Origin: an uncultured virus (IMG/VR IMGVR_UViG_3300022928_000001)
Taxonomy: Duplodnaviria; Heunggongvirae; Uroviricota; Caudoviricetes
IMG/VR virus record: IMGVR_UViG_3300022928_000001
DNA: 64,000 nt
Reading direction: 5' to 3' (one strand)
Position numbers and translations under genes: made by a program
The notes under the pieces: model-generated
Databases searched by the model: none
The model's input: only the letters and a program-made list of their open reading frames with translations
Told to the model about the DNA's origin: nothing
Part shown: in pieces, positions 36,219 to 47,500 of the stretch
How the letters are laid out: every line of letters begins with the position of its first letter
Numbering within the stretch: position 1 is the stretch's first letter

Positions 36219-37141
36219 TGGCAATATCAAGAAAACCTTTAGATGTAAATAATTATTCTGCTTTAGATGGCGGAACAGGATTAGCTATACCGGGATACTA
36301 TAGTAGAACAAACTTAAATGATATAATTAATAACTTTATGATTGCCTATGTAGGCGATGGAAAAGTTTTAACAAAGGTTCCTAGATATGAAGTAGCTTTT
36401 TGGGCACAAAGATCGGTTCAAGAATTTAGCTATGATGTTTTACATTCTGAAAAATCTATAGAAATAGAATTAAGCCCAACTAAAAGCATTTCTTTACCTT
36501 CTGACTACGTTAATTATGTTAGGATTGAATATACTGATGCTAACGGCGTAATGAAACCTATACTGCCAAGCAGAACAACTACAGCAAATAAATCAGTTGC
36601 ACAAGATCAAGATTATAAATATATATACGATCAAGAGGGTAATATAGTTTTTAAAGAAATATCTGAAACTATTGAAAAATATCAATCAGCTGAAAGATTA
36701 ATGGACGTTCAACAAACTCAAGATTATTATAACGGCTATTTTGACACTGATGATTATTTGTATTACGGAAGAAGATACGGATCAACTCCTGAATACCAAA
36801 ATATAAATGGTACTTTTGTTTTAGATACAGAAGCTGGAAAAGTTTATTTTGATGCAGCATTTAAAGAAGGCACGTTTATAACTTTTACATATATATCTGA
36901 CGGTTTAGGTGATAATGGCAATTTTGATAATGTATACGTTCCTAAATTAGCAGAAGACGCTGTATATGCTTCAATGCTTTATAATTTAGCTAAGCTTAGA
37001 GGTTCAGCCGCAGGTGCTGCTGGGCTTTACAAAAAAGAAGCTTCTTCTAAAATGCGAAATGCAAAAATAAGATTATCTAATATGAAGTCTACTGAAATGG
37101 CTCAAATATTACGTAATAAAGCAAAGTGGATTAAACACTAA
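36218..37141 (+). CDS. Tail ring/adaptor protein 2
   Basis: LPSDYVNYVRI, YISDGL, RNAKIRLSN. Confidence 0.75.
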   Translation: MAISRKPLDVNNYSALDGGTGLAIPGYYSRTNLNDIINNFMIAYVGDGKVLTKVPRYEVAFWAQRSVQEFSYDVLHSEKSIEIELSPTKSISLPSDYVNYVRIEYTDANGVMKPILPSRTTTANKSVAQDQDYKYIYDQEGNIVFKEISETIEKYQSAERLMDVQQTQDYYNGYFDTDDYLYYGRRYGSTPEYQNINGTFVLDTEAGKVYFDAAFKEGTFITFTYISDGLGDNGNFDNVYVPKLAEDAVYASMLYNLAKLRGSAAGAAGLYKKEASSKMRNAKIRLSNMKSTEMAQILRNKAKWIKH

Positions 37142-37150
37142 TAAAATTGT

Positions 37151-40100
37151 ATGCCAGAAATTAAAAGAACGTTCAACGTTGGTAAAATGAACCGCGATTT
37201 GGACGACAGACTAGTGCCTCCTGGGGAATACCGGGAAGGTTTTAATATTACTGTTGGGCAATCTGAAAGTTCGGATGTTGGTTCTATTGAAAACTTATTA
37301 GGTAATGAAGCTGTTTCTCAAAGCAATTTAGCTAATGGTAAATGTATTGGATACATAAGCGATACAGGTACAGAAAAAATATATTTTTTTGTAACAAGTA
37401 ATTCTTCCTACAACGAAACAAACACTGGGCAGCATGGTTTATTTGAATATGATCAAAAAACAAAGCAAACTACTGCACTAGTTGTTTCTGCTCAACTTAA
37501 TCTACATCAAAGCTATCCAATAACAGGAATAAATATTGTAGATGATTTATTATTTTGGACGGATAATAGAAATTATCCTAGAAAAATAAATGTAGTAACC
37601 GCTAGAAACAACACGTCTTATTATACAGCGGCTAATGATATTGATAATTTAATATCGGTCGCAAAGTTTGCACCTTACGAATCGCCAACCTTAGTATCTG
37701 CAACAAGAGAATCTAATATATCTTCTACATTTATGGAAGACAAGCTAATTAGATTTTCTTATAGATGGCAATTTGATGATAATGAGTATAGCACATTAGC
37801 TCCATTTAGTCCTATAGTTTTTTCAAGACTAAATGAAACAGATTCTATAAGTACTTCGTTATCTAATTTTGGAGAAATTGAAACGTTTGTTAATGCAATT
37901 AATCAAGTTCAACTTCAAATACCAACACCTACAGGTTACGGTATAAAAAATGTTGAGCTAATATATAAAGAGTCCGGCTCAGGAACATTATATGTTGTTG
38001 ATGATCAAGATATTACAACTGAGCCTTTTGTAAACTTTACATATTCGTCTACTGACCCGTTTCGAACATTGCCAGGCGATCAGCTTACAAGAGTTTATGA
38101 TGCAGTGCCAATTAAAGCAAAAGCACAAGAGGTTGCTGGTGGAAGATTAGTATATGGTAATTTTTTACAAAACTACGATATTCCAGATATTTCTTTTACA
38201 ATTACAAGAACAGGTGAAACTTCTGCTAGAAATAATATATTAGAAAATCAATCAGTTAAGTCAAGAAGAACTTATCAGGTAGGTATTGTTTTAGCAGATA
38301 AATTTGGAAGACAATCTCCTGTTATATTATCAAGCTCTGGTACGGATACTGTTTTTATAGATCCAGGAAATGGGGATGCAGCATCTACAACTGCGTTCAA
38401 TGCTTTGCGTATCACTTTTACAGATACTACACAAATACCATCTTGGGCATATTCATATAGAGTTGTTGTAAAACAAAGAGAACAAGAATATTATAACTGG
38501 ATTTCTACAATAGATGCTGCTAACACTGTTAATCGTTTTGGTGATAGTATAAATAAAATACCTAGAGATCAAACAGCAACTATTCCGCCAAGTACATCTC
38601 CAACAATATCACCTTGTGATGTTTCTGTATATCCTAAATTTTTATCTGGAGGTAATGTGTATACAAAACCGTATGCTAATTTAACTAAAGTACAGTCTAT
38701 TGCAAATCCATCAGGAGATGCGTTAGTAACAACAATTGATAATTCTGGTGCTTCAGTAACTAGTGGTCTTTGTGTTTTTGAAACTGAGCCGACATCTTCG
38801 GAGCTAGATATATTTTATGAAACTTCAACTGGTGGTTTAGTATCAGAAATACCGGCTACAACAACAGATATTTCATTTTTTAATTGTATACTATTAACTT
38901 TCACATCAGGTAATCACATTGAGATAAACAGAATACGTGCTGGTTTCAATGAACCATTTTTTGATATAGGTGTTCGAGCTTTTGTTGTACAAGAAAACTT
39001 TACGCAAGAAAGAAGAAAAAACACATTAATACATTCTAGTGGGCTTTTAAACTCCAGAACAGGTATTAACTATATAAATCAATTCAATGAGTCCGAGGGA
39101 GGTTTAACAATCTCATTAGACCCATTAGACGGTTCCGTACAAAAATTATTTGTTGATGATACTCAGGTTATAATATTTCAAGAAGACAAGGTCTCTAGAT
39201 CTCCTGTAAATAAAAACTTTATATATTCTGCAGAAGGCGGAGCGGTGCCTGTAACTAGTAATACACAATTTTTAGGTACAATAGCTGCATACGCTGGTGA
39301 ATTTGGAATATCACAAGATCCTCAATCTTTTGCTAGCTATGGTTTTGCAAAATACTTTACTGATAAAAACCGAGGTACTGTATTGAGGTTATCTCAAAAT
39401 GGTATTACTGAAATAGCTAAAGCTGGGATGGGAGATTTTTTTAGAGATGCTTTAAAACAATCTACACAAATAATTGGATCTTATGATGAATATAATCGCT
39501 GTTATGAGTTAACTATTATTGGGCAAGGGTTTGACAGTAATAAGGATACAAATACTGAAACGGCTAGTGAAGGGTATTTAACATTATCTTTTGATGATAG
39601 ATCTAATGGTTGGACTAGTTTTAAAGGTTTTAAACAAGAAGGCGGTATTTCATTAAATAATTATTATTATACATTTAATGGTGGAACATTATGGGAACAT
39701 CATAAGGAAAATGTAACTCATAATAATTTTTATAATTCTGGAACTCAAAAATCTTATGTAATACCAATATTTAATGATGCTCCATCTTTAATAAAACAGT
39801 ATAATGCTTTGAGTTATGAAGGTGATGAAGGATGGGGAGTTGAATATATTCAAACAGATATAGATAATTCAGGAGTAGTTCCTCAAACAGTTACTTCTTT
39901 TTCTACAACATTACAATTATTAGGTGCTGCAAATAATTCTGTTTTTAACGGTGCTAATACAGCAATTGCAAAAGAAAACGAAGGTATTTCTTGGGCTATA
40001 TTTGTTGAACCTTTAAATTCACAATTTGAATTTAAAAGCATTAGTGATATTGTTTTAACCCCTGCTGCGGGAAGCAGCTTAACTGTAACAAACCCTCAGT

Positions 40101-41122
40101 CTATAACTGAAGGTAAATTAGTTTTTTTAATTCAGCATACAGTAGGGACTTCAAATACTATTCAAACTTTAAATATATCAGGTACTGGTGCTAGTCTAGC
40201 ATTTACCGTAGCTTTATTAACGGTTAATACTATAGATACAGTTGCTTTTTCTGCAATAACTCCAGCATCTCAAATATTTAATAATAGCGGAAGTAATAAT
40301 GTTGTTTTTTCTACTGCAGCATTTACAAATTATTATATAGATCCTGCTAATATTACAGTTAATACCTCGGAAATGCCTGCAATAACAAATCCAGGCACCC
40401 TTACTAATGCTAGAAACGGAGATAATATTGTTTATACTCTTCCCATAACCGTGCCAACAGAAGCTACAGCGGGAACTATAACAATAAATGGAACCGCAAC
40501 ACTTAAAAATACGTTAACTTGGGAGCAGGGTAATGTTACATCTCCTGGCGTTATAGCAACACCTAATGGCACAACCGTAGGGATAGCTTATTATAACTCG
40601 CCTTTTGAGGCTGCTGCTTCAAGAACAGCAACTATTACATATACATGTTTAGCCACTGAGGTGCTAACTACATCTAGTTACACGGATAGCGGAGTGGGTT
40701 ACCCTGCAAACACTAATATAAGTAGTGTATTAAGCAATAACGACGGCCAGCTTACAATAACTGTAGTTGTTCCAGAGCTAATTGGTAATACAACTGCTAC
40801 ACCTACAATTACCGTAACAGGAGCAGCTACTGCAACTTTAGGAACAACAACAACTCCTCAGGCAATTAATCAAGCAGGAGATGACGTTGTAATATCAGGC
40901 ACTTGGAATGTGAATGGTTCAGCAAGTCCTAGTGATAATTGGTTATTATTAAATGGAGTAAATGGTACAGCTGCGCTAACGCCTGGCAACTCTTTTACAA
41001 TAGGAGCTACTGAAAACACAACAGGTTCATCAAGAACAGGAACAATTACATTAGCAACAACTAATACAAGAGTTTCTGCTAATGTCCCTAATCAAGTAAT
41101 AACTATTAATCAAGCAGGATAA
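37151..41122 (+). CDS. Tail stabilisation/muzzle protein with C-terminal Ig-like array
   Basis: GKMNRDLDDRL, LLFWTDNRNYPRKIN, RFSYRW, RLVYGNF, YFTDKNRG.VLRLS; ends in BACON-like NTTGSSRTGTITL...ITINQAG. Confidence 0.85.
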   Translation: MPEIKRTFNVGKMNRDLDDRLVPPGEYREGFNITVGQSESSDVGSIENLLGNEAVSQSNLANGKCIGYISDTGTEKIYFFVTSNSSYNETNTGQHGLFEYDQKTKQTTALVVSAQLNLHQSYPITGINIVDDLLFWTDNRNYPRKINVVTARNNTSYYTAANDIDNLISVAKFAPYESPTLVSATRESNISSTFMEDKLIRFSYRWQFDDNEYSTLAPFSPIVFSRLNETDSISTSLSNFGEIETFVNAINQVQLQIPTPTGYGIKNVELIYKESGSGTLYVVDDQDITTEPFVNFTYSSTDPFRTLPGDQLTRVYDAVPIKAKAQEVAGGRLVYGNFLQNYDIPDISFTITRTGETSARNNILENQSVKSRRTYQVGIVLADKFGRQSPVILSSSGTDTVFIDPGNGDAASTTAFNALRITFTDTTQIPSWAYSYRVVVKQREQEYYNWISTIDAANTVNRFGDSINKIPRDQTATIPPSTSPTISPCDVSVYPKFLSGGNVYTKPYANLTKVQSIANPSGDALVTTIDNSGASVTSGLCVFETEPTSSELDIFYETSTGGLVSEIPATTTDISFFNCILLTFTSGNHIEINRIRAGFNEPFFDIGVRAFVVQENFTQERRKNTLIHSSGLLNSRTGINYINQFNESEGGLTISLDPLDGSVQKLFVDDTQVIIFQEDKVSRSPVNKNFIYSAEGGAVPVTSNTQFLGTIAAYAGEFGISQDPQSFASYGFAKYFTDKNRGTVLRLSQNGITEIAKAGMGDFFRDALKQSTQIIGSYDEYNRCYELTIIGQGFDSNKDTNTETASEGYLTLSFDDRSNGWTSFKGFKQEGGISLNNYYYTFNGGTLWEHHKENVTHNNFYNSGTQKSYVIPIFNDAPSLIKQYNALSYEGDEGWGVEYIQTDIDNSGVVPQTVTSFSTTLQLLGAANNSVFNGANTAIAKENEGISWAIFVEPLNSQFEFKSISDIVLTPAAGSSLTVTNPQSITEGKLVFLIQHTVGTSNTIQTLNISGTGASLAFTVALLTVNTIDTVAFSAITPASQIFNNSGSNNVVFSTAAFTNYYIDPANITVNTSEMPAITNPGTLTNARNGDNIVYTLPITVPTEATAGTITINGTATLKNTLTWEQGNVTSPGVIATPNGTTVGIAYYNSPFEAAASRTATITYTCLATEVLTTSSYTDSGVGYPANTNISSVLSNNDGQLTITVVVPELIGNTTATPTITVTGAATATLGTTTTPQAINQAGDDVVISGTWNVNGSASPSDNWLLLNGVNGTAALTPGNSFTIGATENTTGSSRTGTITLATTNTRVSANVPNQVITINQAG

Positions 41123-41123
41123 C

Positions 41124-41363
41124 ATGGCTGATATAATAAAATTTCCTTTTGAAAAAAAAGAAGGCAAGTATTTTACGCCTATAGTTTCTGAGCAAACTAA
41201 ATATAAAGTTGAAAACGGAGCTATAGTAGAAGATGGCAAAGAGTTAATATCAGGTATAAAAGGTGCATTTGCTATTATAAAATTAGTATTGCCTATTGAA
41301 AATGCAAGCGCAAAAAAAGAGCTGTTTGCATTAAATTCAGAGGCAGTCAATTCATCGAATTAA
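41124..41363 (+). CDS. Detached C-terminal segment of muzzle protein (putative)
   Basis: FEKKEGKYF...GIKGAFA...KELFALNSE motifs, which I recall as the end of muzzle homologs. Confidence 0.6.
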   Translation: MADIIKFPFEKKEGKYFTPIVSEQTKYKVENGAIVEDGKELISGIKGAFAIIKLVLPIENASAKKELFALNSEAVNSSN

Positions 41364-41368
41364 ATTAT

Positions 41369-41809
41369 ATGAAATTACAAGTAAGAAAATTACAAGAATC
41401 CGATTGGGATTTAATACCAAGTTGGTGGGAAGCTTATGGTTCTGAAGGCTTCCCTCGTGACTTTTTACCCGGAGCATTTCAGGTGGGTGATGAACAAGAA
41501 AAAAAACGCGAAGGACTAGGTGGCTTTATGGTTTGCAAAGGAAACGATCCTATTGCAGCTATGTGGCTGTGGATGACAAATAGTAAGATGGCAATTCCAG
41601 CTGTTGTAGTGAGTGATAGATCTTATCGTGACACCGACAGAAGTGATGCATTGCAACTCTTAGTAGATTTTACAACTGATTTTGCCGAAGACTTAGGTTA
41701 TAAATATGCTTTTGCATGGGCAAAGCCAGGTAGATTATTAGAAAAATATAAAAAGGCGGAGTATTATTGCGATAAAACTCCATCCTATGAATTAATACTA
41801 AAATACTAA
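41369..41809 (+). CDS. GNAT-fold protein preceding ejection genes
   Basis: VRKLQESD..., LVDFTTDFAEDLGYKYAF, LLEKYKK acetyltransferase-like pattern. Confidence 0.6.
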   Translation: MKLQVRKLQESDWDLIPSWWEAYGSEGFPRDFLPGAFQVGDEQEKKREGLGGFMVCKGNDPIAAMWLWMTNSKMAIPAVVVSDRSYRDTDRSDALQLLVDFTTDFAEDLGYKYAFAWAKPGRLLEKYKKAEYYCDKTPSYELILKY

Positions 41810-42987
41810 TGGGAGATATAGTAAAAGGTGTAGCATCACTTTTTGGAGGTAGAAAAAGAAGACAAGAACAAAAAAGAGCAACAAGAGCTGCTGATCAAGC
41901 TATTGCTAGACAAGACAATTTTGATTTTCAAAATGTTTATAGCGGAATGGAAGGCCCAACTGTAGAAAGTCAAGGGTATGATCCTTCGCAAGCTCAGGTA
42001 GGTCAACTAGGGGTTGCTCAGCAAGCACAATTGGCTCAATTAGCACCTTCACAAGGATATGAAGCACAAGGTTATACAGCACAAGGATATGATCCAAGAA
42101 CAACTTCAGTAGGGGGTCTGGCTAGAGGAGCTGATACAGGATTAACCAACACGATGGCTAACTTGCAGGTTTCAACAGCTGCTGCAGATATGCAAGCGCA
42201 GGAAGCGGATCAGTCATTGGCAGCATCACAAGATTTAGCCGCACAAGCCGGTACAGGAGCAGGTGGCGCTACAGCGTTAGCAGCAGCGGCAGCAAAATCA
42301 AAAGCTGGTGTGGCCGCTTCTATAGATCAGCAAGTTAAAAGAAACGAAATGCTTAGAGCTCAGGGTGAAAGTGAATTACAAAGAGCTCAATTAGCACAAG
42401 GAAATTTAGCGTCTCAATTTGATTTAGGTCAAAGTCAGTTTAATGTGGGGGCTCAAAACAGAGCAGCACAATTCGGAGCACAAGCTCAAAATCAAGCAGC
42501 GCAATTTGGCGCACAGGCTCAAAACCAAGCAGCAAGATTTGGTGCTCAATCTGCTAATCAATTTGCATTAGCTCAATTTAGTGCAGAAAATCAAATGAAT
42601 CAGTTTAATACTGGAGCGCAAAATCGTTTTGCACAAACACAATTTGGTGCTGAAAATCAATTTGCATTAGCTAATACTCAAGCACAAAATCAAGCCGCAC
42701 AGTTTGGTGCTACCGCAGCTAATCAAGCTGCTGCTAGAAACGCTGATTATCAATTTAAAGCGGATCTTATGGACAGACAAGGAGAGGCTATGGCTCAGCA
42801 ATTTGATTTTAAAAGATTACAAGATCAAACAGGTAGAGCAGTGGCTGATAAAAACAACGCTGATGCAGCCAGAGCCCAAGCAAAGTCTAATCTTATAGGA
42901 GGCATTGCAGGTGTTGCTAGCGCAGCGCTGGGTCCTATAGGGGGATTAGGAGGCGCTGTTGGAATGTTATTTGGAAAAAAAGATTAA
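41809..42987 (+). CDS. Ejection/DNA pilot protein (Ala/Gln-rich)
   Basis: QNQAAQFGA repeats, Gly/Ala hydrophobic ends. Confidence 0.7.
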   Translation: MGDIVKGVASLFGGRKRRQEQKRATRAADQAIARQDNFDFQNVYSGMEGPTVESQGYDPSQAQVGQLGVAQQAQLAQLAPSQGYEAQGYTAQGYDPRTTSVGGLARGADTGLTNTMANLQVSTAAADMQAQEADQSLAASQDLAAQAGTGAGGATALAAAAAKSKAGVAASIDQQVKRNEMLRAQGESELQRAQLAQGNLASQFDLGQSQFNVGAQNRAAQFGAQAQNQAAQFGAQAQNQAARFGAQSANQFALAQFSAENQMNQFNTGAQNRFAQTQFGAENQFALANTQAQNQAAQFGATAANQAAARNADYQFKADLMDRQGEAMAQQFDFKRLQDQTGRAVADKNNADAARAQAKSNLIGGIAGVASAALGPIGGLGGAVGMLFGKKD

Positions 42988-42990
42988 AAT

Positions 42991-44508
42991 ATGTCAGAAT
43001 ATAATTACGATTTTTGGGCTAAAAAAAACGAATACGCAGCAGGTGGCGCTAAAGAGCAGCAAATGATTGGAAGCGCAATAGATAAATCTATTGCAGAAAG
43101 AAGATTATTAGCAGATAGAGCTGAGGCTAAAAGAAATAGACAGCTACAAAGAGATATACTAAATTATAATCAAGCCACTAAAATGGCTGAAAATTTAGAC
43201 ACTCTTAATTTTATGCCCACCGCTGGTGTTAAAGGCATGGACGAAGTAATGGTTGGACTAGGCCGTTCAATTGCAGATCAAGCAGCTTATTTGAATTCAG
43301 AGCTTGCTAGAACGCAGGATACCGCGTCGTATTCCGCTGCTATGGCTAGATTAAAAAGCGAAGTTACAGCCGCTAAAGGATTTGATGGTAAAATTAAAGA
43401 ACTTTTAGGCACTTATGAACAGGCTGTTCAAAGCGGTAATCTATCTGATTTTACAGATGCAAATACTAGAGCTGTAATTGAAGACCTAAGAAGCGGATCT
43501 CCTGAAGGTAGATTTGAAAATATTAACGGCGTTACTACCTGGGTTGGCAAAAATGCTTTAGGCGAAGATTATAAACTAGCTATGAGTCAAGTTGATCAAT
43601 TAAAAAATCAACTACAACAAAAAGACGATATTAATACATTAATTGATAAAGGGCTAAGCGTACAGCAAACAGCAGATGGTCACATATTAAGCTTTGATGA
43701 ACCCGCATACGGAAAAAACAATGAAAAAGGTTTATCTGCAGCTGATCTATCTAATAATATGCTTGTTGATTTAGTTAATTCTGCTGGAGCGGAAAATAAA
43801 GAGCGTAAAAGTGCAGCTATTCTTGTAGATCATTTTGGTTATGATAAAAAGGAGGCTTTGAAATTGTTTTCACAAGTTATACCAGAGGATGAAAGAACAG
43901 CACAAGAAAAAGCTGATGGTATAGTTACGGTAGGAGATCAACTTTTGCAAAGAGAATGGTTAAATAAATCTAAAAATTTATATGGAATAAACCAAGCGGC
44001 TGTTCAAAAATACAAAGAATCTGCAGAAGATCAATATCAACAGCATTATAACGCAAAAGATATACAAAAGCAGCTTAGAGCAGATAGAGCACAAACTAAA
44101 AATGCTTTAGCCAATGATAATGATCCTAGATTTTGGAATACTCCAATAAACAATGATTTGACTAATTTAAAAGGCATGCCTCCAAAAGAAGCTTTAACTA
44201 AGTTTAATGGCTTAATGCAGAGATTTAAAGGAGATTTGGCTCTATTAGGATTAAGCAACACTGAAATAAAACTTGGCGATGGTACAGTTGTTCCCGCTGT
44301 TGAGTTTGAAGATGAAGAAGGTAATACAGTTAAACAAGAAGGATATTTAGCTGCAGGGCCGCCAGTATCAATGGTTATTCAAAACCCTAAAGTACCCGGA
44401 GCACCTGCTATTGAAATACCGTTTAACGCTTCACCTGAAGATATAAAAAGAGCTATATTCCAAGCTCAAGGATTACAATCACCAAATTCAAGAATAGGTT
44501 TACCATAA
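42991..44508 (+). CDS. Putative ejection (internal virion) protein
   Basis: Helical; position between pilot and giant protein. Confidence 0.6.
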   Translation: MSEYNYDFWAKKNEYAAGGAKEQQMIGSAIDKSIAERRLLADRAEAKRNRQLQRDILNYNQATKMAENLDTLNFMPTAGVKGMDEVMVGLGRSIADQAAYLNSELARTQDTASYSAAMARLKSEVTAAKGFDGKIKELLGTYEQAVQSGNLSDFTDANTRAVIEDLRSGSPEGRFENINGVTTWVGKNALGEDYKLAMSQVDQLKNQLQQKDDINTLIDKGLSVQQTADGHILSFDEPAYGKNNEKGLSAADLSNNMLVDLVNSAGAENKERKSAAILVDHFGYDKKEALKLFSQVIPEDERTAQEKADGIVTVGDQLLQREWLNKSKNLYGINQAAVQKYKESAEDQYQQHYNAKDIQKQLRADRAQTKNALANDNDPRFWNTPINNDLTNLKGMPPKEALTKFNGLMQRFKGDLALLGLSNTEIKLGDGTVVPAVEFEDEEGNTVKQEGYLAAGPPVSMVIQNPKVPGAPAIEIPFNASPEDIKRAIFQAQGLQSPNSRIGLP

Positions 44509-44520
44509 TAAATATACAAT

Positions 44521-47500
44521 ATGTTTGAATATAACGGACAACAATTTACATTGGCAGAAGTTGAAGAAGCTGCTGCAAATAAAAAAATGTCACTTGATCA
44601 ATATATAAATCAATTTGGTATTAAAAAAATTGATTCACAAATTGTGGAAAAGCCACAACCTGCTGCGGAGATAGCTGCACCTGCAGTGGGTCAAACTCCC
44701 GATACGGGATTGCAGCCGGCAGTTGGTTTATTGGAATCTCCAAGACTTAATTTAGGTCAAGATTTAAAAGACGGATTAAGCCCTGAAGAAAGGTTACAAA
44801 AGAAAAGAGAAGAATATACCCAAGAAGATTTAAATTCTATAAAGTTTCAATTTGACAAAGGACCTGAGTACGGTAAAAGATTTGGTGAAGAAGCTTATAA
44901 TAAGTATATTGAAACAGGAAAAATAGACACTAACCTGCTTCCAAAACAGAACAGATTAGTAGATCCTACAACTGGCAAAAGATTAGGTGTTTCAGATGTT
45001 TTAGGTAATGTGTTTAAAAACATGCCTGAACAAAGAAAAGTTATGTGGGCTTCTACTAAAAATTTACTTTTTGAATTTGCTGAAGCTGCTGCTAAACAGG
45101 GTGCTTTAAATCAAGGGTTGGGTGCTGGCGCAAATGTTCTTGCTAGCGATGAAACTAAAGAATTTCAACAAAAATTAGCCGCGGAATCTGATAGTCTTTT
45201 TGATGAAGAAGTTAAAGCTAATTATAAAACTATTTTAAATAGCTATAATGAAATGGCTAAAAACCCTACAGGTGCTGGTATACTAGGGTCTGGCTCAACA
45301 GGTCTAGCGGGCTCAGCAAGTATGGTAGATTTAGTGGGAGGGTTAGGAACTTCAGTAACAAGTGTTGCTACATCAGTAATACCTACTATGGCGGCAACTG
45401 CTGTGGGTGGGCCTGTTGCAGGGGTTGCTGTTATGGCTAATTTAATGATACCTTCAATGGTAACAGATTATAACATTGAAAAAGCCAATACTTTATATAA
45501 AGATTTAGACACTGAAGAAGAAAGAATAAACAAATTAATAGACGAGGATAAACAAGAGCTAGGAATACCTATTGCTTTAGGTACTATAGCAACAAGTTTA
45601 GAATATATAGGATATAAAGGTATTGCAGGCAGCATAGCTAAAAACATGTCCAAGAAAGGGATGAAAGATTGGGCTAAAGCTATGTATGCCATATCTAAAA
45701 ATAAAAAAGGAGTATCCAATTCAACTGCTACAATAAAAGAATCAGCAACTGAGGTTGCTCAATTAATACCTGAATTAACTAATCAGTATGCAGCCCAAGG
45801 TTTAAGTTTTGAAGAAGGAGCTAAAAAAATGTTTATTGACGACGGCAAAGGTGGGCTTGGTGAGTTTTGGCAACAAGCTCCAGAAATAGCTATTCAAGCT
45901 GCTTTTGGTACTAGAATATTCCAAGGCGCTAGCTCTGGGCTTGTAAGAACTTTAAAAACCGTTAGAAATAAATTTCCTGGAGTACAAGGTGTTAATGAAA
46001 ATTCTTTTTTTACATTAGGAGTATTAAAACAAAGAAAAGCAACTGAACAAAATAAAGATGTTATAGAAGGCCTTGATGCGGCTATAGCAATAGAAGAACA
46101 AAAAATAAAACAAGCTGTTTTTAATGGTAACAATATAGTAAAAAAATTAGATAACAAAGAGGTAAACTCCGTTGCTAAAGCTTCCGCTAGAATAGAAGAA
46201 AATCAAGAAAAAATAGAAGATTTAAAAGCTCAAAAAGATCTTGATATAATAGATAATGCACAATATGAAACCGCAGTAGCTGGACTTAATGCTTCTATAG
46301 AAAAAGATAATGCTTTAATAGATGGTATTGTAGAAAATGCTGTAAAAAAAGAAAACATAAGGGAGGATGATCTTTCTTTTAAAACAGGCTATGATGCATT
46401 TTTAGAAGCTACTAGGGCTGAGTCTGAAGCTAAAACTAGCAATAAAATAGCTCTTGATGAATATATACAAAAAAATAAAGAGTTAAAAAATAAACTTGAC
46501 TCAGGTTTAATAACAAAATCAGAATTTGATAATCAAAAAGCCGACAATACACAAGACTATAAAAATACAAAGCAAAAGAATGATGCTATTATAGATAAAG
46601 TTAATAAAAACGTTGAATCTATTTCTTCTAGCAGCATTAAATTGTCTGTTGAATTGCAAAAAGCTTTTGACGAAGGAGTTGCTGATGGATCTATAAAAAA
46701 AGACGATAACGGTAAAAATATTATATCAAATAAAGTTTATCAAGCTTTAGAAAAAACACAAGAAGCTTTTATAAAAAAGATTTCTAATTCAGTTTTTAAT
46801 TCAATTCCAAAAGATTTGCTTGTTGCAAACACAACAAAACAAGATTACGAACAAAATGTAAAAACTGAGTTTTTAGAATTGTTAAGATCTTATGATGGTT
46901 CGGTTCCTTTAGGGGCTTTTATGCAAACTTATTTGCCAAAAAGAGCTATTGGTAAAAGAGCATTACAAGGAATATCAAATCAAAGATTTACTAATGATTT
47001 AGAAAGCAGTGCTGTGCAAGGAATGATATCTGAAGAAGACTCAGAAATTGCACCAGAAATTAAAAATATAGAAACTGCACAGGCTTTAAATATTAGCGAT
47101 GACTTATTAAGTACTATAAAAAATGCTGCTAAAAAAGCATTAGCTACAGTAAGCAAAAAAGTAGACGATATAAAATTTAAATCAGATGTTTCTAAATCTT
47201 TTAAAGATGATTTATATAAATTAATTAAAGACGCTAAAGGTCTTAAAAATACAAAAACAAATCCTGGTTTAACGAAAGCAATAGAAGAGTCTCCAGAGGC
47301 TTTTTATAATTCACTTTCTATAGAGTCCATGCGTATGGCCCGCGCTAAAGGAGGAGTAAATCCTTTTGAGCAAGCAGGTTTATTAAAAAGAGATAGCAAT
47401 GGTGATTTGCAAAAAGTAAAATTTAGCAATGATATTTTATCTAAGTTTTTAAACTATTATACAGATGAATCTTTAAAACCAGCGGCTAGATCCGATAGAC

